A DNA stretch of 64,000 nucleotides from Acidimicrobiia bacterium (GCA_049317145.1 JBMOIW010000001.1:20133-84132), one strand, 5' to 3'; positions 9,981 through 20,365 are shown, counted from the first letter of the stretch. Program-made: numbers and translations. Notes: generated by a model from the sequence alone, not told the origin.

Positions 9981-10466
9981 TTAACGGTTGGTGAGGGCGT
10001 TGCCCTGCGCCGGCGGACGACGATCGCCCCAGGGTGCAGGAATGATTTCGACTTGGCCACCGGCAGCAGTGATCGCAGCCCGGGCGGACGCCGAAAACGC
10101 ATGGGCCCGCACGGTGACCGCCTTGGTGAGCTCACCGCGTCCAAGCACTTTGACCAGGCCCTGCTTTGCGATAAGGCCACGACCGCGCAAGACACCCGGG
10201 TCGATCGTCGGAGCGTCGACTTCGGCGAGGACGTCCAAGTTCACCACGACGTATTCGACGCGGAACGGGTTACGGAAACCTTTTGCCTTCGGGCTACGCC
10301 GGTGCAGCGGCGTCTGACCACCCTCGAACCGTGCGGGGATGGTGCCGCGCGCGCCTTGACCTTTGGAGCCACGACCGGCGGTCTTACCCTTACCGCCGAT
10401 ACCGCGGCCTACGCGGGTGCGCTCTTTTTTTGCTCCCGGTGCCGGTGCGAGATCGTGGATCTTCAT
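9981..10466 (-). CDS. rplO: 50S ribosomal protein L15
   Basis: 161 aa starting [33 protein letters not shown]. Confidence 0.95.
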   Translation of the reverse strand: MKIHDLAPAPGAKKERTRVGRGIGGKGKTAGRGSKGQGARGTIPARFEGGQTPLHRRSPKAKGFRNPFRVEYVVVNLDVLAEVDAPTIDPGVLRGRGLIAKQGLVKVLGRGELTKAVTVRAHAFSASARAAITAAGGQVEIIPAPWGDRRPPAQGNALTNR

Positions 10467-10646
10467 TTATGCCTCCTCGACCGCGACGAGGTGCGGTACC
10501 CGAGCAAGCATCCCGCGAATTTCGGGACGGTCGGGCAACTCGTTCGTACGGTTGATCTTGCCGAGGCCCAGCGCCCGCAATGTGCCGCGGTGCTTGGGCG
10601 TAATACCAATCATTGATTTGATCTGCGTGACGCGCAGGGTCGTCAT
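10467..10646 (-). CDS. rpmD: 50S ribosomal protein L30
   Basis: Not in the track (59 aa). Hand translation gives [59 protein letters not shown]. It has an ATGA overlap with the rpsE stop. Confidence 0.92.
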   Translation of the reverse strand: MTTLRVTQIKSMIGITPKHRGTLRALGLGKINRTNELPDRPEIRGMLARVPHLVAVEEA

Positions 10647-11191
10647 GAGGCCACCTCAGCAGTTGCCTTTTGCATCTTCGTTTCGCGGTAGGCGCGCAGC
10701 ATGCCCCCGGTGGAAACTTCCTCAGGTGACTTGCCGCGCGCACGCGCAACGTCGTCGGGGCGACGCAAGCTGCGCAGGCCTTCGATGGTTGCTCGCGAGA
10801 CGTTGATTGCGTTGGAGGATCCCAGCGACTTCGCCAACACGTCATGAATACCAGCGGCCTCGAGAATGACGCGTGCTGCGCCACCTGCGATAACCCCGGT
10901 ACCGGGCGCAGCCGGCTTCATCAGTACGCGAGCTGCGTCGTGTTCGCCCAACACCACGTGGGTAATAGTGGAACCCGCGCGCGGAACGGCAAAGACGTTC
11001 TTCTTTGCTTCTTCCATGCCCTTTTGGATCGCAGCCGGGACTTCTTTGGCTTTGCCGTATCCGAGTCCCACATTGCCCGCGCCATCGCCGACAACCACTA
11101 ATGCGGTGAACGAAAACCGCCGACCGCCCTTGACGACCTTGGCGACTCGATTGATCGTGATGACGCGCTCTTCAAATTGGCCTTCGGCCAT
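10643..11191 (-). CDS. rpsE: 30S ribosomal protein S5
   Basis: 182 aa containing [27 protein letters not shown]. Confidence 0.96.
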   Translation of the reverse strand: MAEGQFEERVITINRVAKVVKGGRRFSFTALVVVGDGAGNVGLGYGKAKEVPAAIQKGMEEAKKNVFAVPRAGSTITHVVLGEHDAARVLMKPAAPGTGVIAGGAARVILEAAGIHDVLAKSLGSSNAINVSRATIEGLRSLRRPDDVARARGKSPEEVSTGGMLRAYRETKMQKATAEVAS

Positions 11192-11206
11192 TTCGCAACC
11201 TCTTTG

Positions 11207-11560
11207 TTAGAACTTCAGTCCGGCTTCGCGGGCACCGTCAGCGACCGCAGCAACACGTCCGTGGTAGCGAAAGCCACCCCGGTCAAACACGGCAGTTGTC
11301 ACACCGGCGGCGCTGGCGCGCTCACCGATGAGGGTACCGATCTTTTTCGCAGCGTCGACGGTTGCAGTTGCGCCCGCGCGCAACGCAGCTTCCATGGTCG
11401 ACGCGGCCGCAAGCGTGACACCGCTGTCGTCGTCGATGAGCTGCGCATAGATGTGCTTGTTCGAGCGGAACACCGCGAGCCGCGGGCGTTCGGCTGTGCC
11501 ATGCACTTTCTTGCGCACCCGAACGTGACGGCGCGTGCGAGCTTCGTTTCTACTGTGCAT
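11207..11560 (-). CDS. rplR: 50S ribosomal protein L18
   Basis: 117 aa containing [20 protein letters not shown]...[12 protein letters not shown]. Confidence 0.96.
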   Translation of the reverse strand: MHSRNEARTRRHVRVRKKVHGTAERPRLAVFRSNKHIYAQLIDDDSGVTLAAASTMEAALRAGATATVDAAKKIGTLIGERASAAGVTTAVFDRGGFRYHGRVAAVADGAREAGLKF

Positions 11561-11575
11561 TTCGATACTCCTCGG

Positions 11576-12115
11576 CTACTTCGCCGACTTACCGGCTTTG
11601 CGCAGGATCCGCTCGTTGGCGTAGCGGATCCCCTTGCCCTTGTAGGGCTCGGGCTTGCGCAACTTGCGAATGTCTGCAGCTACCTGGCCAACTTGTTGCT
11701 TGTCGTACCCGTGCACCGTGATCTTGGTGGGCGCAGGAACCTCGAAGGTGATGCCGTCGGGAGCATTGAACGTGATTGGGTGCGAGTACCCGAGTTGCAG
11801 CTCGATTTTGTTCGAGCCGGCGGCGGCGGCACGGTAACCGACACCGACGATTTCGAGATCACGCGCAAAGCCCGTCGAGACCCCGGTCACCATGTTGGCA
11901 ACCAACGAGCGCGTCAGGCCATGCAGCGCGCGACTCGCCCGCTCGTCGTTCGCGCGTTCGACGATCAGATCATCGCCCTCGCGAGCAACGTTGATGACCG
12001 GAGGCAGTTCGTGCTCCAGTGTGCCCTTGGGTCCTTTGACCGTGATGTGCGAACCCGAGACGGCGACGTCGACGCCCGACGGCACGGTGATGGGTTTTTT
12101 TCCAATGCGTGACAT
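11576..12115 (-). CDS. rplF: 50S ribosomal protein L6
   Basis: The internal ATG at 12115 gives 179 aa starting [17 protein letters not shown]. The track extension to 12229 overlaps rpsH. Confidence 0.95.
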   Translation of the reverse strand: MSRIGKKPITVPSGVDVAVSGSHITVKGPKGTLEHELPPVINVAREGDDLIVERANDERASRALHGLTRSLVANMVTGVSTGFARDLEIVGVGYRAAAAGSNKIELQLGYSHPITFNAPDGITFEVPAPTKITVHGYDKQQVGQVAADIRKLRKPEPYKGKGIRYANERILRKAGKSAK

Positions 12116-12125
12116 GGTTGCTCCG

Positions 12126-12530
12126 TTACCAGACGTGGCAGAGCACTTCGCCACCAACGCGCATGGCCCGAGCCTGGCGGTCAGTGAGAAGCCCCTGGTT
12201 CGTCGAGAGGATCGCGATACCCATTCCACCGAGCACGCGCGGTACGCGGTCGGTCTTGGTGTACACGCGAAGGCCCGGCGTCGAGATGCGTCGGATACCC
12301 GAGATCGAACGCTTGCGATCAGCGGTGTACTTCAGCTTGATCGTCAATGTCCGTCCCGGACGGCCTTCCACCTCGGCGGCGCTCCAGCCGTCGATATAGC
12401 CCTCGCGCTCCAAGATGGTGGCGAGCGCCTCTTTCACCTTGGACGACGGCATGCGCACCTCGTCGTGAAACGCGGTGTTGCCGTTGCGGATGCGGGTGAG
12501 CATGTCAGCGATCGGATCAGTCATAGCCAT
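12126..12530 (-). CDS. rpsH: 30S ribosomal protein S8
   Basis: 134 aa starting [17 protein letters not shown]. Confidence 0.96.
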   Translation of the reverse strand: MAMTDPIADMLTRIRNGNTAFHDEVRMPSSKVKEALATILEREGYIDGWSAAEVEGRPGRTLTIKLKYTADRKRSISGIRRISTPGLRVYTKTDRVPRVLGGMGIAILSTNQGLLTDRQARAMRVGGEVLCHVW

Positions 12531-12540
12531 GGCTGCCTCC

Positions 12541-12726
12541 TCACCACGATGCTTTCGTCACGCCGGGCACTTCGCCAGCGTGAGCCATTTCCCGAAGACA
12601 AATACGGCAAAGGCCGAACTTGCGGAACACCGAACGCGGGCGTCCGCATCGGCGACAACGCGTGTACGCGCGTACGCCAAACTTCGGCTTGCGCTGCTGC
12701 TTATTAATGAGTGCTTTCTTAGCCAT
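12541..12726 (-). CDS. rpsN: 30S ribosomal protein S14, short zinc-binding (type Z) form
   Basis: 61 aa with CRRCGRP...CRIC (CxxC-x12-CxxC). It is in the spc-operon position. Confidence 0.95.
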   Translation of the reverse strand: MAKKALINKQQRKPKFGVRAYTRCRRCGRPRSVFRKFGLCRICLREMAHAGEVPGVTKASW

Positions 12727-12729
12727 CAG

Positions 12730-13290
12730 TTATCCCTGTCTCCGACGGAACGGGAAGCCCAGCGCGGTCAGGAGCGCACGGCCTTCTTCGTCCGTCTTCG
12801 CCGTTGTGACGATCGTGATGTCCATTCCCCGGGGTTGATCGATTTTGTCGAAGTCAATTTCCGGGAAGATGAGCTGTTCGTTGATACCGAAGGTGTAGTT
12901 CCCTCGGCCATCGAAAGATTTGGGGTTCAGTCCGCGGAAGTCACGAACGCGAGGAATCGCCAACGTGACGAGGCGGTCGTAGAACTCCCACATGCGCGCA
13001 CCGCGCAGTGTGACTTTGACGCCGATCGCTTGGTTCTCGCGCAATTTAAAGCCTGCGATGGCTTTGGTCGCCCGAGTCACCACGGGCTTTTGCCCGGAGA
13101 TCTGCGTGAGGTCGGCAACCGCGCCGTCGATGAGCGAGCTCTGCTGCGTCGCCCGGCCAACACCGCAGTTCAAGGCGATCTTTTCGAACGTCGGGACCTG
13201 CATGATGTTCTCGAGGCCCAGTTCGCGCTGCAGCTCCGAGCGGAGTTCTTTTTCGAAACGCGCCCGAAGACGCGGCAAGGTGGCGGTCAC
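12730..13290 (-). CDS. rplE: 50S ribosomal protein L5
   Basis: 186 aa containing [17 protein letters not shown] and [19 protein letters not shown]. Confidence 0.96.
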   Translation of the reverse strand: MTATLPRLRARFEKELRSELQRELGLENIMQVPTFEKIALNCGVGRATQQSSLIDGAVADLTQISGQKPVVTRATKAIAGFKLRENQAIGVKVTLRGARMWEFYDRLVTLAIPRVRDFRGLNPKSFDGRGNYTFGINEQLIFPEIDFDKIDQPRGMDITIVTTAKTDEEGRALLTALGFPFRRRQG

Positions 13291-13619
13291 TTGGCCTTCT
13301 CCTTCTTCGTCGTCGGGAGCGGGCCGTCACACTTCGTGCACACGCGCACCTTGGTGCCGTCGTCAGCGATACGGAAACCAATACGGCTCCGTCCGCACTT
13401 CGAGCACAGGATTGCAATGTTGGACACCGGCAGCGGCATTTCTTTATCAATGATGCCGGCCTGCATCATCGCCCGCACCGGCTTTTGGTGCTTCTTGGCA
13501 ATGTTGACGCCATCCACGATGACCATTTCGCGCTCGGGCATGACCCGACTGATCGTGCCTTGCTTGCCGCGATCTTTGCCCGCGATAACGATCACGGTGT
13601 CTCCGTATACAAACTTCAT
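13287..13619 (-). CDS. rplX: 50S ribosomal protein L24 (with C-terminal CxxC...CxxC)
   Basis: 110 aa with the KOW motif [16 protein letters not shown]. The C-terminal half carries CSKC...CTKC. Confidence 0.95.
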   Translation of the reverse strand: MKFVYGDTVIVIAGKDRGKQGTISRVMPEREMVIVDGVNIAKKHQKPVRAMMQAGIIDKEMPLPVSNIAILCSKCGRSRIGFRIADDGTKVRVCTKCDGPLPTTKKEKAK

Positions 13620-13988
13620 TTAGAGCACCTCCGGTGCGAGCGACACGATGCGCATGAACTTGCGATCGCGAAGCTCACGGCCCACTGGGCCGAAAATGCG
13701 GGTCCCGCGAGGCTGCATCTGATCGTTGATGAGCACGGCTGCGTTCTCATCGAATCGGATGTAGCTCCCGTCAGGACGGCGCTTTTCTTTCTTGGTCCGC
13801 ACGAGCACACACTTGACGACATCACCCTTTTTCACGGCCGCGCCAGGGTTGGCGTCTTTGACCGTGGCAACGAATACGTCGCCGATGCTCGCATACCGAC
13901 GTCGAGTACCACCGAGGACCTTGATGCATAGGACCTCGCGTGCGCCCGAGTTATCGGCAACTTTGCAACGACTCTCTTGCTGAATCAT
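13620..13988 (-). CDS. rplN: 50S ribosomal protein L14
   Basis: 122 aa starting [27 protein letters not shown]. Confidence 0.97.
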   Translation of the reverse strand: MIQQESRCKVADNSGAREVLCIKVLGGTRRRYASIGDVFVATVKDANPGAAVKKGDVVKCVLVRTKKEKRRPDGSYIRFDENAAVLINDQMQPRGTRIFGPVGRELRDRKFMRIVSLAPEVL

Positions 13989-13997
13989 CTGGGTTCC

Positions 13998-14270
13998 CTA
14001 CCGTGCGCGCTCGAGGACTTCGACAACCCGCCAGCGCTTCAGACGCGACATCGGTCGAGTCTCAGCGATGCGCACGCGGTCACCCTCGCGTGCATCGAAG
14101 CTGGCGTCGTGGGCGTAGAACTTCGTGGTGCGCTGCATAGTCTTCGAGTACCGGCTGTGCCGCACCCGATCGACGACGGCGACCACCACGGTCTTGTCCA
14201 TTTTCGAGGACACAACCGTTCCTTCCCGAACTTTGCGCTCGGCGCGCTCGGTCGGCTCAATCTCGCTCAT
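13998..14270 (-). CDS. rpsQ: 30S ribosomal protein S17
   Basis: 90 aa containing [29 protein letters not shown]. Confidence 0.95.
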   Translation of the reverse strand: MSEIEPTERAERKVREGTVVSSKMDKTVVVAVVDRVRHSRYSKTMQRTTKFYAHDASFDAREGDRVRIAETRPMSRLKRWRVVEVLERAR

Positions 14271-14485
14271 GCGTTCTCCTTGACCGCTTCGGCCGCGGCA
14301 ATCTCGCGCTCACGGATCAGCGTTTCGATCCGTGCGACATCGCGTCGAAGCTCACTGAGCCGGGCGCTCTTGTCGGACTGTGCGGTCGCAATTTGAAACC
14401 GCAGGTTGAACAGTTCTTCGCGGGTCTCAACCAGTCGCTGCACGAGCGACGCGTCGTTGAGATCGCGCAATTCGGAGGACTTCAT
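14267..14485 (-). CDS. rpmC: 50S ribosomal protein L29
   Basis: The internal ATG at 14485 gives 72 aa starting [14 protein letters not shown] and abuts the rplP stop at 14487. The track ORF start (14512) lies inside rplP. Confidence 0.93.
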   Translation of the reverse strand: MKSSELRDLNDASLVQRLVETREELFNLRFQIATAQSDKSARLSELRRDVARIETLIREREIAAAEAVKENA

Positions 14486-14486
14486 C

Positions 14487-14903
14487 TCACACCTCGTCCT
14501 GACGCACGACAAAGCGCGCCTTCATCGGAAGCTTGTGAATAGCCAACCGCATTGCTTCGCGGGCGATGTCTTCGGTGACACCAGAGAGCTCGAAGAGAAT
14601 GCGACCGGGCTTCACGACGGCTACCCACCGCTCCGGGTTTCCTTTACCAGAGCCCATGCGCGTTTCGGCCGGCTTTTGTGTGACCGGCTTGTCCGGAAAC
14701 ACGTTGATCCAAACTTTTCCGCCACGCTTGATGTACCGGGTCATCGCAATACGAGCCGCTTCGATCTGACGGTTCGTCAGCCACGCCGGTTCCAGCGCTT
14801 GGATACCGAAGTCGCCGAACACCAATGTGCTGCCACCCTTGGCAACACCGGTGGTGCGACCGCGCTGCTGTTTGCGGAAGCGAGTCTTTCGGGGCATCAA
14901 CAT
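14487..14903 (-). CDS. rplP: 50S ribosomal protein L16
   Basis: 138 aa starting [16 protein letters not shown]. Confidence 0.97.
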   Translation of the reverse strand: MLMPRKTRFRKQQRGRTTGVAKGGSTLVFGDFGIQALEPAWLTNRQIEAARIAMTRYIKRGGKVWINVFPDKPVTQKPAETRMGSGKGNPERWVAVVKPGRILFELSGVTEDIAREAMRLAIHKLPMKARFVVRQDEV

Positions 14904-14906
14904 GAG

Positions 14907-15830
14907 TTAGTCCTCCGCCCGGAAGTGCGGCGCCTCGTGGGTCTGGCGCGTGCGACGCTCGATTTCTTCTTCTTCGGCCAGCAAGCGCTCCAACTCCGGA
15001 TCCGCCTCGCTGACGAGCGCGCGAGTTTCGGTCGGCAGTTCCTCGCCCTCGGCGATCGCCGATTCCGGAACCGGCTCGGCGACTGGACGACGCTTTCCGC
15101 CACCAGCGCTCACAACTCGACGGCCCGTGGCCTGGCCCGCAGTTTCGCCCACGGCCATAGCTGCTTCTTTGGCGATCTTGTCTTCGGCCGCACTCTTGTA
15201 CGGGAGGATGTCGCCCTTGTAGATCCATACCTTGACACCAACGCGCCCGGCTGACGTTGCGGCCGCCGCCAACCCAAAGTCGATGTCGGCGCGCAAGGTG
15301 TGCAGCGGCACACGGCCTTCGCGGTACCACTCACGCCGCGACATTTCGGCGCCACCAAGACGGCCGCTGCACTGCACGCGAATGCCGAGCGCACCCGCTT
15401 TCATTGCGGTTTGCACGGCGCGCTTCATGGCCCGACGGAAGGAGACACGGCCGGCAAGCTGATCGGCAACACCCTGCGCAATCAGCGCAGCGTCAAGCTC
15501 GGGCTCTTTGATCTCTTGAACGTTGAGCTGAGCCTTGGGGTTGTTTGTGATCTTGAGCAACGCGGCGCGCAAACGCTCGACCTCTGCGCCACGACGCCCG
15601 ATGACGATGCCCGGACGTGCGGTGTAAAGGTCAACGCGCAAACGGTCACGCGTGCGTTCGATCTCGACGCGACTCACGGCTGCATGACTGAGTTCGCGAC
15701 GCAAAAAGTCGCGAATCTTCCAGTCTTCGATCAGCGTGTCGGTGTATTCCTTCTTGTCGGCGATCCACCGCGACTTCCAGTCGGTGATAACGCCGAGTCG
15801 GAACCCGTACGGGTTGACTTTCTGGCCCAT
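14907..15830 (-). CDS. rpsC: 30S ribosomal protein S3 (with about 80-aa Ala/Glu-rich C-terminal tail)
   Basis: The N-terminus [22 protein letters not shown] and the KH domain are typical. At 307 aa it is longer than a minimal S3. Confidence 0.96.
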   Translation of the reverse strand: MGQKVNPYGFRLGVITDWKSRWIADKKEYTDTLIEDWKIRDFLRRELSHAAVSRVEIERTRDRLRVDLYTARPGIVIGRRGAEVERLRAALLKITNNPKAQLNVQEIKEPELDAALIAQGVADQLAGRVSFRRAMKRAVQTAMKAGALGIRVQCSGRLGGAEMSRREWYREGRVPLHTLRADIDFGLAAAATSAGRVGVKVWIYKGDILPYKSAAEDKIAKEAAMAVGETAGQATGRRVVSAGGGKRRPVAEPVPESAIAEGEELPTETRALVSEADPELERLLAEEEEIERRTRQTHEAPHFRAED

Positions 15831-16498
15831 TATTCGCCCTGCTCTTCTGTGGATGCGTCCGTCGCCTCAGGTGTGGCGTCGGCTTCGGCTGCAGCCTTCT
15901 TAGACTTGCGCTGCGCCTTCGGTGCTGCTTCAGCCGCTTCGTGGCCGTTGTCGTTGTCGTTGTCGTGATCGTGGTCGTGGTCGTGGTCGTGATCGTGATC
16001 GTGATCGTGGTCGTGGTCGGCTGCGGCCGCAGCCGAGGCAGCCTCGACGCGACGACGACGCAGTTCGCGACGACGGGCCGCCGCACCACTCGATCCGCTG
16101 ACGGATGCATTCCCGCGCAATTCTTCATCGGTAAAGCGCGCCAACACGATCGTGATGTGTGACGTGCGTTTACGGATCTTGCCGGCGCGCCCACGGGCTC
16201 GCGGCGAGAAACGCTTCATTGTCGGGCCTTCGTCGGCGAACGCAACTGCGACGTAGCACTCATCCGCAAGCATCTGGTGGTTGTGCTCTGCATTCGCCGC
16301 AGCGGACTCCAACAGTGCCAGCACTTCGGTGGCGGCTTCGCGCTCGCAGAACTCGAGGATCTGGCGCGCTTCTTCGACGCTCTTGCCCCGAACCAGGTCG
16401 AGAACTTGGCGCACCTTGTAAGGCGAACGACGCAAGTAACGAACCGTGGCTCGCGCCTGGGGTCGTTGGCGAATTTCTTGAAGAGATGTCAGCGCCAT
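15830..16498 (-). CDS. rplV: 50S ribosomal protein L22 with about 100-aa C-terminal extension containing (Asp-His)9(Asp-Asn)3
   Basis: The L22 core covers aa 1-122 ([25 protein letters not shown]...HITIVLA). The ORF continues in frame to 222 aa. Confidence 0.95.
   Translation of the reverse strand: MALTSLQEIRQRPQARATVRYLRRSPYKVRQVLDLVRGKSVEEARQILEFCEREAATEVLALLESAAANAEHNHQMLADECYVAVAFADEGPTMKRFSPRARGRAGKIRKRTSHITIVLARFTDEELRGNASVSGSSGAAARRRELRRRRVEAASAAAAADHDHDHDHDHDHDHDHDHDNDNDNGHEAAEAAPKAQRKSKKAAAEADATPEATDASTEEQGE
15947..16018 (-). repeat. Imperfect hexanucleotide repeat (GAC/GAT-CAC)x9 + (GAC-AAC)x3 inside rplV
   Basis: Read directly on the plus strand as gttgtc x3 followed by (gtgatc/gtggtc) x9. 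It is in frame and encodes [24 protein letters not shown]. Confidence 0.9.
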
Positions 16499-16500
16499 GG

Positions 16501-16779
16501 TTACTTCCGAACTGCTTTTTCTTGGCCGGCATGCACCTTGAACGTGCGCGTCGGTGCGAATTCGCCCAGCTTTTGGCCGACCATGGACTCGGTCACATAA
16601 ACGGGCACGTGCTTGCGACCGTCATGCACTGCGAGGGTGTGACCAACCATGTCCGGCGTCAGCGTGGAGCGACGCGACCAGGTCTTGATGACTTTCTTTT
16701 CTCCGGCTTCGTTCATCGCGTCCACCTTCTTGGCGAGGTGTTCGTCGACAAAGGGGCCTTTCTTCAAACTGCGCGGCAT
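16501..16779 (-). CDS. rpsS: 30S ribosomal protein S19
   Basis: 92 aa starting [15 protein letters not shown] and containing [11 protein letters not shown]. Confidence 0.97.
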   Translation of the reverse strand: MPRSLKKGPFVDEHLAKKVDAMNEAGEKKVIKTWSRRSTLTPDMVGHTLAVHDGRKHVPVYVTESMVGQKLGEFAPTRTFKVHAGQEKAVRK

Positions 16780-16785
16780 GAGGAA

Positions 16786-17616
16786 CTACTTTCTGCGACC
16801 ACGACGACGACGGATGATGAGTGCGTCGGACGGTTTGCGACGCGCCCGGGTACGGCCTTCTGGCTTGCCCCACGGCGAGACCGGGTGACGTCCTCCCGAG
16901 CTCTTACCTTCACCACCACCAAGGGGGTGGTCCACGGGGTTCATCGCCACACCACGAACGTGCGGACGGCGGCCCTTCCAGCGCGAGCGACCGGCTTTTC
17001 CGACGCTGATCAACTGCGCTTCAGAGTTTCCGACTTCGCCAACCGTTGCCCGGCAGTCGATCGGAACACGACGCATTTCGGTGGACGGCAGACGCAACGT
17101 GGCGTACTTGCCTTCCTTCGCCACGAGTTGGATCGCACTGCCAGCGCCGCGGCCCATTTTGCCGCCACCGCCGGGCTTGAGTTCGACGTTGTGCACGGTA
17201 GTACCAACCGGGATGTACCGCAGCGGCATGGCATTGCCCACCCGGATGTCCGAACCTTGACCGCTTTGGAGCATATCGCCAACCTGCAAGTTTGCGGGGG
17301 CGATGATGTAACGCTTCTCACCGTCGAGGTAGTGCAACAGCGCGATGCGCGCGTTGCGGTTCGGGTCGTACTCGATACTTGCGACCTTTGCCGGCACACC
17401 ATCTTTGTCGCGACGGAAGTCGATGATGCGGTAGCGCTGCTTGTTGCCGCCGCCACGGAATCGCGACGTAATGCGTCCATGCGCGTTACGTCCACCCGTC
17501 TTGGGCTTTGGAATCGTGAGCGAGCGCTCCGGCGTGCTCTTGGTGATGTCCTTGTAGTCCGAAGCCGACTGAAAGCGACGCCCCGGACTCGTGGGCTTGC
17601 GTTTACGGATTGCCAT
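16786..17616 (-). CDS. rplB: 50S ribosomal protein L2
   Basis: 276 aa containing [19 protein letters not shown] and [16 protein letters not shown]. Confidence 0.97.
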   Translation of the reverse strand: MAIRKRKPTSPGRRFQSASDYKDITKSTPERSLTIPKPKTGGRNAHGRITSRFRGGGNKQRYRIIDFRRDKDGVPAKVASIEYDPNRNARIALLHYLDGEKRYIIAPANLQVGDMLQSGQGSDIRVGNAMPLRYIPVGTTVHNVELKPGGGGKMGRGAGSAIQLVAKEGKYATLRLPSTEMRRVPIDCRATVGEVGNSEAQLISVGKAGRSRWKGRRPHVRGVAMNPVDHPLGGGEGKSSGGRHPVSPWGKPEGRTRARRKPSDALIIRRRRGRRK

Positions 17617-17618
17617 AC

Positions 17619-17942
17619 CTACTCCCCAAGCACCCGAATGCGCTGACCAGGAGCGAGCGTCACCACAGCGCGCTTTTCGCTCGCTTGAGTTCCGAACGTT
17701 CCGGTGCGACGGTTGCGCTTGCGCTTTCCGCCACGGTTCATGGTGTTCACTTTGACGACCGTCACATCGAAAATGGACTCGACGGCGTTCCTAATTTCGA
17801 TTTTGTTTGCAGTGGGCGCAACGACGAACGTGTACACGCCTTCGTCGAACCCGCCGTAGGACTTCTCGGAAACCACCGGGTGCAACAACACCGTTCGGTG
17901 CTGCGCTTGGTTTCGGAGCTGCGCCATTTCACGCGTGCTCAT
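17619..17942 (-). CDS. rplW: 50S ribosomal protein L23
   Basis: 107 aa containing [11 protein letters not shown]...[19 protein letters not shown]. Confidence 0.94.
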   Translation of the reverse strand: MSTREMAQLRNQAQHRTVLLHPVVSEKSYGGFDEGVYTFVVAPTANKIEIRNAVESIFDVTVVKVNTMNRGGKRKRNRRTGTFGTQASEKRAVVTLAPGQRIRVLGE

Positions 17943-18634
17943 TCGTCACCCCCGTCGAACGAAACTTCGATTTCGACTTCGTCGGTAGCGATGCCAGAGA
18001 GGCGACCTACCACCTTGTCGAGACTCGACTGGCTAAACACCAGCCAGTCGTTGTTGAGCACGTCGTAGGTGTTGAGTTCGCGCGGCAAGATGAGTTGCAC
18101 GTACGGACTCAGGTTACGGAACGACAACCACACCGACTCTTCGGTGTAGTCGACCACGATGAGCAAACGCGCGTCGCGCTCACCCTTCGTGCGCAGACCG
18201 AGCGCGGTAAGCACTTCGAGCGCGCGCTTGGTCTTTGCGGTTTCCATCGCCCAATCATCAACGACAACAATCTTGTTCTCGGCCGCACGGTCCGAGAGTG
18301 CCGAGTGCAACGCGAGGCGCACCATCTTCTTCGGTGTGCGCTGGTCGTACTTACGCGGCTTCGGGCCAAGTGCGACGCCACCACCGCGCCACAGGGGCGA
18401 ACGGCTCGAACCGGCACGGGCGCGACCAGTGCCCTTCTGCTTCCATGGCTTTGCGCCACCGCCAGATACTTCACCGCGAGTCTTCGTGCTTTGCGTTCCG
18501 GCGCGTGCTGCAGCGAGCTGCGCCGTAACCACTTGGTGCATCACCGGCACGTTCGGCGTAATGCCGAAATACGCGTCGGGAAGCTCGGTTTGGCCAACAA
18601 CGTTGCCGGCTGCGGACTTCACATCAATGTTCAT
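17939..18634 (-). CDS. rplD: 50S ribosomal protein L4
   Basis: The internal ATG at 18634 (ATGA overlap with the rplC stop) gives 231 aa starting [24 protein letters not shown]. The track ORF extension overlaps rplC. Confidence 0.95.
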   Translation of the reverse strand: MNIDVKSAAGNVVGQTELPDAYFGITPNVPVMHQVVTAQLAAARAGTQSTKTRGEVSGGGAKPWKQKGTGRARAGSSRSPLWRGGGVALGPKPRKYDQRTPKKMVRLALHSALSDRAAENKIVVVDDWAMETAKTKRALEVLTALGLRTKGERDARLLIVVDYTEESVWLSFRNLSPYVQLILPRELNTYDVLNNDWLVFSQSSLDKVVGRLSGIATDEVEIEVSFDGGDE

Positions 18635-19272
18635 CGCGTGCGCTCCTTCGCTGCACTGCGCACAAACACCAGCGAACCGGACGCGCCCGGAACTGCACCC
18701 TTGACGAGCAACAGTCCACGCTCCGCGTCGGCCTTGACGACTTGCAGATTGGATGTCGTGACGTTGGTGTTTCCGTACTGACCGGCCATGCGCAAACCCT
18801 TGAACACGCGACCAGGGGTCGCGCATGCGCCAATCGAGCCGGGTGCACGGTGGTGCTTGTGGTTACCGTGCGATGCGCCTTGACCACCGAAGTTGTGACG
18901 CTTCATTGCGCCCGCAAAGCCTTTTCCTTTGCTGATACCGCTCACGTCGACGCGCTCACCGTTCGAAAACACGTCGGCGCCGATGACTTGTCCGACTTCG
19001 AATGCGGCAAGATCGTCAACACGCAACTCCGCAAGATGGCGCAACGCCGGTGCATCTGCTTTTTTGAGATGGCCCAATTCGGGTTGCGACAAACGACTGG
19101 CTTTTGTTTCACCGAACGCGAGTTGCACTGCGGCATACCCGTCGCGCTCGGGAGTCTTGAGCTGCACAACGCGACAAGGCCCAGCCTCGATAACGGTCAC
19201 CGGAATCATCCGGTTCTCGTCATCGAAAATCTGGGTCATACCGAGCTTGCGCCCCAGAATGCCCTTGCTCAT
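18631..19272 (-). CDS. rplC: 50S ribosomal protein L3
   Basis: The internal ATG at 19272 gives 213 aa starting [18 protein letters not shown]. The upstream 121 codons of the track ORF are Arg/Pro-rich and not L3-like. Confidence 0.95.
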   Translation of the reverse strand: MSKGILGRKLGMTQIFDDENRMIPVTVIEAGPCRVVQLKTPERDGYAAVQLAFGETKASRLSQPELGHLKKADAPALRHLAELRVDDLAAFEVGQVIGADVFSNGERVDVSGISKGKGFAGAMKRHNFGGQGASHGNHKHHRAPGSIGACATPGRVFKGLRMAGQYGNTNVTTSNLQVVKADAERGLLLVKGAVPGASGSLVFVRSAAKERTR

Positions 19273-19481
19273 GTTCGTCCTTCGTTCACACGAACGCTCC
19301 GCCCGGCCAATTCCGGGAGGAGCGTCGTTATTGGGTTGCCGCACGGTTCCCGAAGGCGTATGCGGACGTCGAATCCATTGCCGTTTCCGGCGAAGGGGCG
19401 AAACACTACTGGTGCAACACCGGCGCCGTCCAAAGCGGGCGCCTCTGCACCGGCCCACCGAGCGCCAGCGGGCCGGCCGGT

Positions 19482-19847
19482 TCACCCGAGGTGGTCGACG
19501 ACGGGGGTGCCTTGATGAAACCGGATCCGCCACACCGTATCGGTCCGCACCCAGATGGAGCTTCGCAGGCACAGACGTTGATCTATCGCAACAACATAGG
19601 TAAGGAGCAGGAGGTCTTGGCCGAGCCGGACGCACCGAAGGTCACGGATCTCACCGATCTCGGAACGAGTTTCGGATGGGAGGCGCTTGAGTACATCTTG
19701 TCGATCCGCACACCGGGTCACGCCAATTTCGAAAAAGTCGGGATGAAGCAGCTCACGCAACGCGCCTGGGTCAGCCCGCACTTCCGGTCGCAACAGCGAT
19801 GCCTCGGCCTCAATCACCGCTCGCTCGTCTTCGTCCGCCCCAGGCAT
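19482..19847 (-). CDS. NTF2-like / DUF4440 (SnoaL-like) family protein
   Basis: 121 aa. The pattern [10 protein letters not shown]...TYVV...[23 protein letters not shown] matches the characteristic DUF4440 layout (F.E.G ... RSS.W ... FHQGT). Called from memory of the family, not from a search. Confidence 0.7.
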   Translation of the reverse strand: MPGADEDERAVIEAEASLLRPEVRADPGALRELLHPDFFEIGVTRCADRQDVLKRLPSETRSEIGEIRDLRCVRLGQDLLLLTYVVAIDQRLCLRSSIWVRTDTVWRIRFHQGTPVVDHLG

Positions 19848-20008
19848 AGGCGAAGGATATGCCCTCGGTTTCTCGGAAACACCAGCTCAGGGATAACCCT
19901 TGCAGAAATGTTCAGGTCAGAGGGGTCGATCTGCGCGAAGGACTCCCAGCAGGTGCGCAATTGCGCAATGGTTCTGCCCAGGGCCCAAACTCCCTCTTCA
20001 ATGGCCAC
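19814..20008 (-). CDS. Small 64-aa ORF of doubtful status (possible gene remnant)
   Basis: GTG start with GAGG 8 nt upstream. It overlaps the next gene by 34 nt. It shares a VIPELVF...RGHI segment with the ORF upstream of it. No family was recognised. Confidence 0.2.
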   Translation of the reverse strand: MAIEEGVWALGRTIAQLRTCWESFAQIDPSDLNISARVIPELVFPRNRGHILRLCLGRTKTSER

Positions 20009-20026
20009 ATCCGGCCTCGATCAGGC

Positions 20027-20337
20027 TCAGGCCAAGGGTTCACGACACCTCCGGTAGGACCGCACCGCATGGAAGCCCAGCGGCTGATAGAGCGACCGGG
20101 CGCTGGCGGGGTAATGGATCGAGTTGCCCGTCGTCGATCTTGCCCACCTGGCCGCGGGCGATCCCGGCGACGATCCCGAATTGCTGAAAGAACATCTGGG
20201 CTTCGGTCACTCGTCGTGGAAAACCGCAGCTCAGAAATAGCACTCCCCGACTGCATATGACATGGCCCGACCTGCCAGCACAAAACACCAAGTCAGGGAT
20301 AACGCTCCCGACCAGGTGTTCCCGGCCCCGGATGCGA
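20027..20337 (-). pseudogene. Probable decayed/frameshifted ORF (acetyltransferase-like C-terminal fragment in a second frame)
   Basis: One frame reads ...VIPDLVFCAGRSGHV...GIVAGIARGQVGKIDDG. A different frame reads ...NSIHYPASARSLYQPLGFHAVRSY and ends at TGA 20027-20029, which resembles a GNAT C-terminus. No single frame gives a credible full-length protein. Confidence 0.25.
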
Positions 20338-20365
20338 AACACCCCCGGGCGGACCCGGGGGTGTT
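20338..20365 (-). terminator. Perfect 12-bp GC-rich hairpin 33 nt downstream of the rpsJ stop
   Basis: AACACCCCCGGG-(4 nt)-CCCGGGGGTGTT read directly from the sequence. On the minus strand it is followed by TCGCATCC with only a weak T-run. Hairpins lacking a U-tract are common terminators in high-GC Gram-positives. Confidence 0.5.

Noticed and set aside
15947-16018. Short tandem repeat considered as a CRISPR-like or non-coding microsatellite
   Set aside because: It has a 6-nt period, no spacers, and lies fully in frame within rplV. It is a coding dipeptide repeat, not a CRISPR array.
15646-16194. 182-aa ORF with a poly-Thr/Ile run ([14 protein letters not shown])
   Set aside because: It is an alternative frame of the rplV hexanucleotide repeat. 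The rplV frame is continuous with a bona fide L22 core.
16159-17646. 495-aa plus-strand ORF. Similar cases are 24984-26486 (500 aa), 44819-46552 (577 aa), 48513-49919 (468 aa), 59989-61485 (498 aa), 22978-24129 (383 aa) and 34159-35319 (386 aa).
   Set aside because: All are antisense to strongly conserved genes (rplV/rpsS/rplB, rpoC, acs/MidA, nuoM/L, nuoL, fusA and the decarboxylase). They have Arg/His-rich shadow-ORF composition and lack ribosome-binding sites or recognisable domains.
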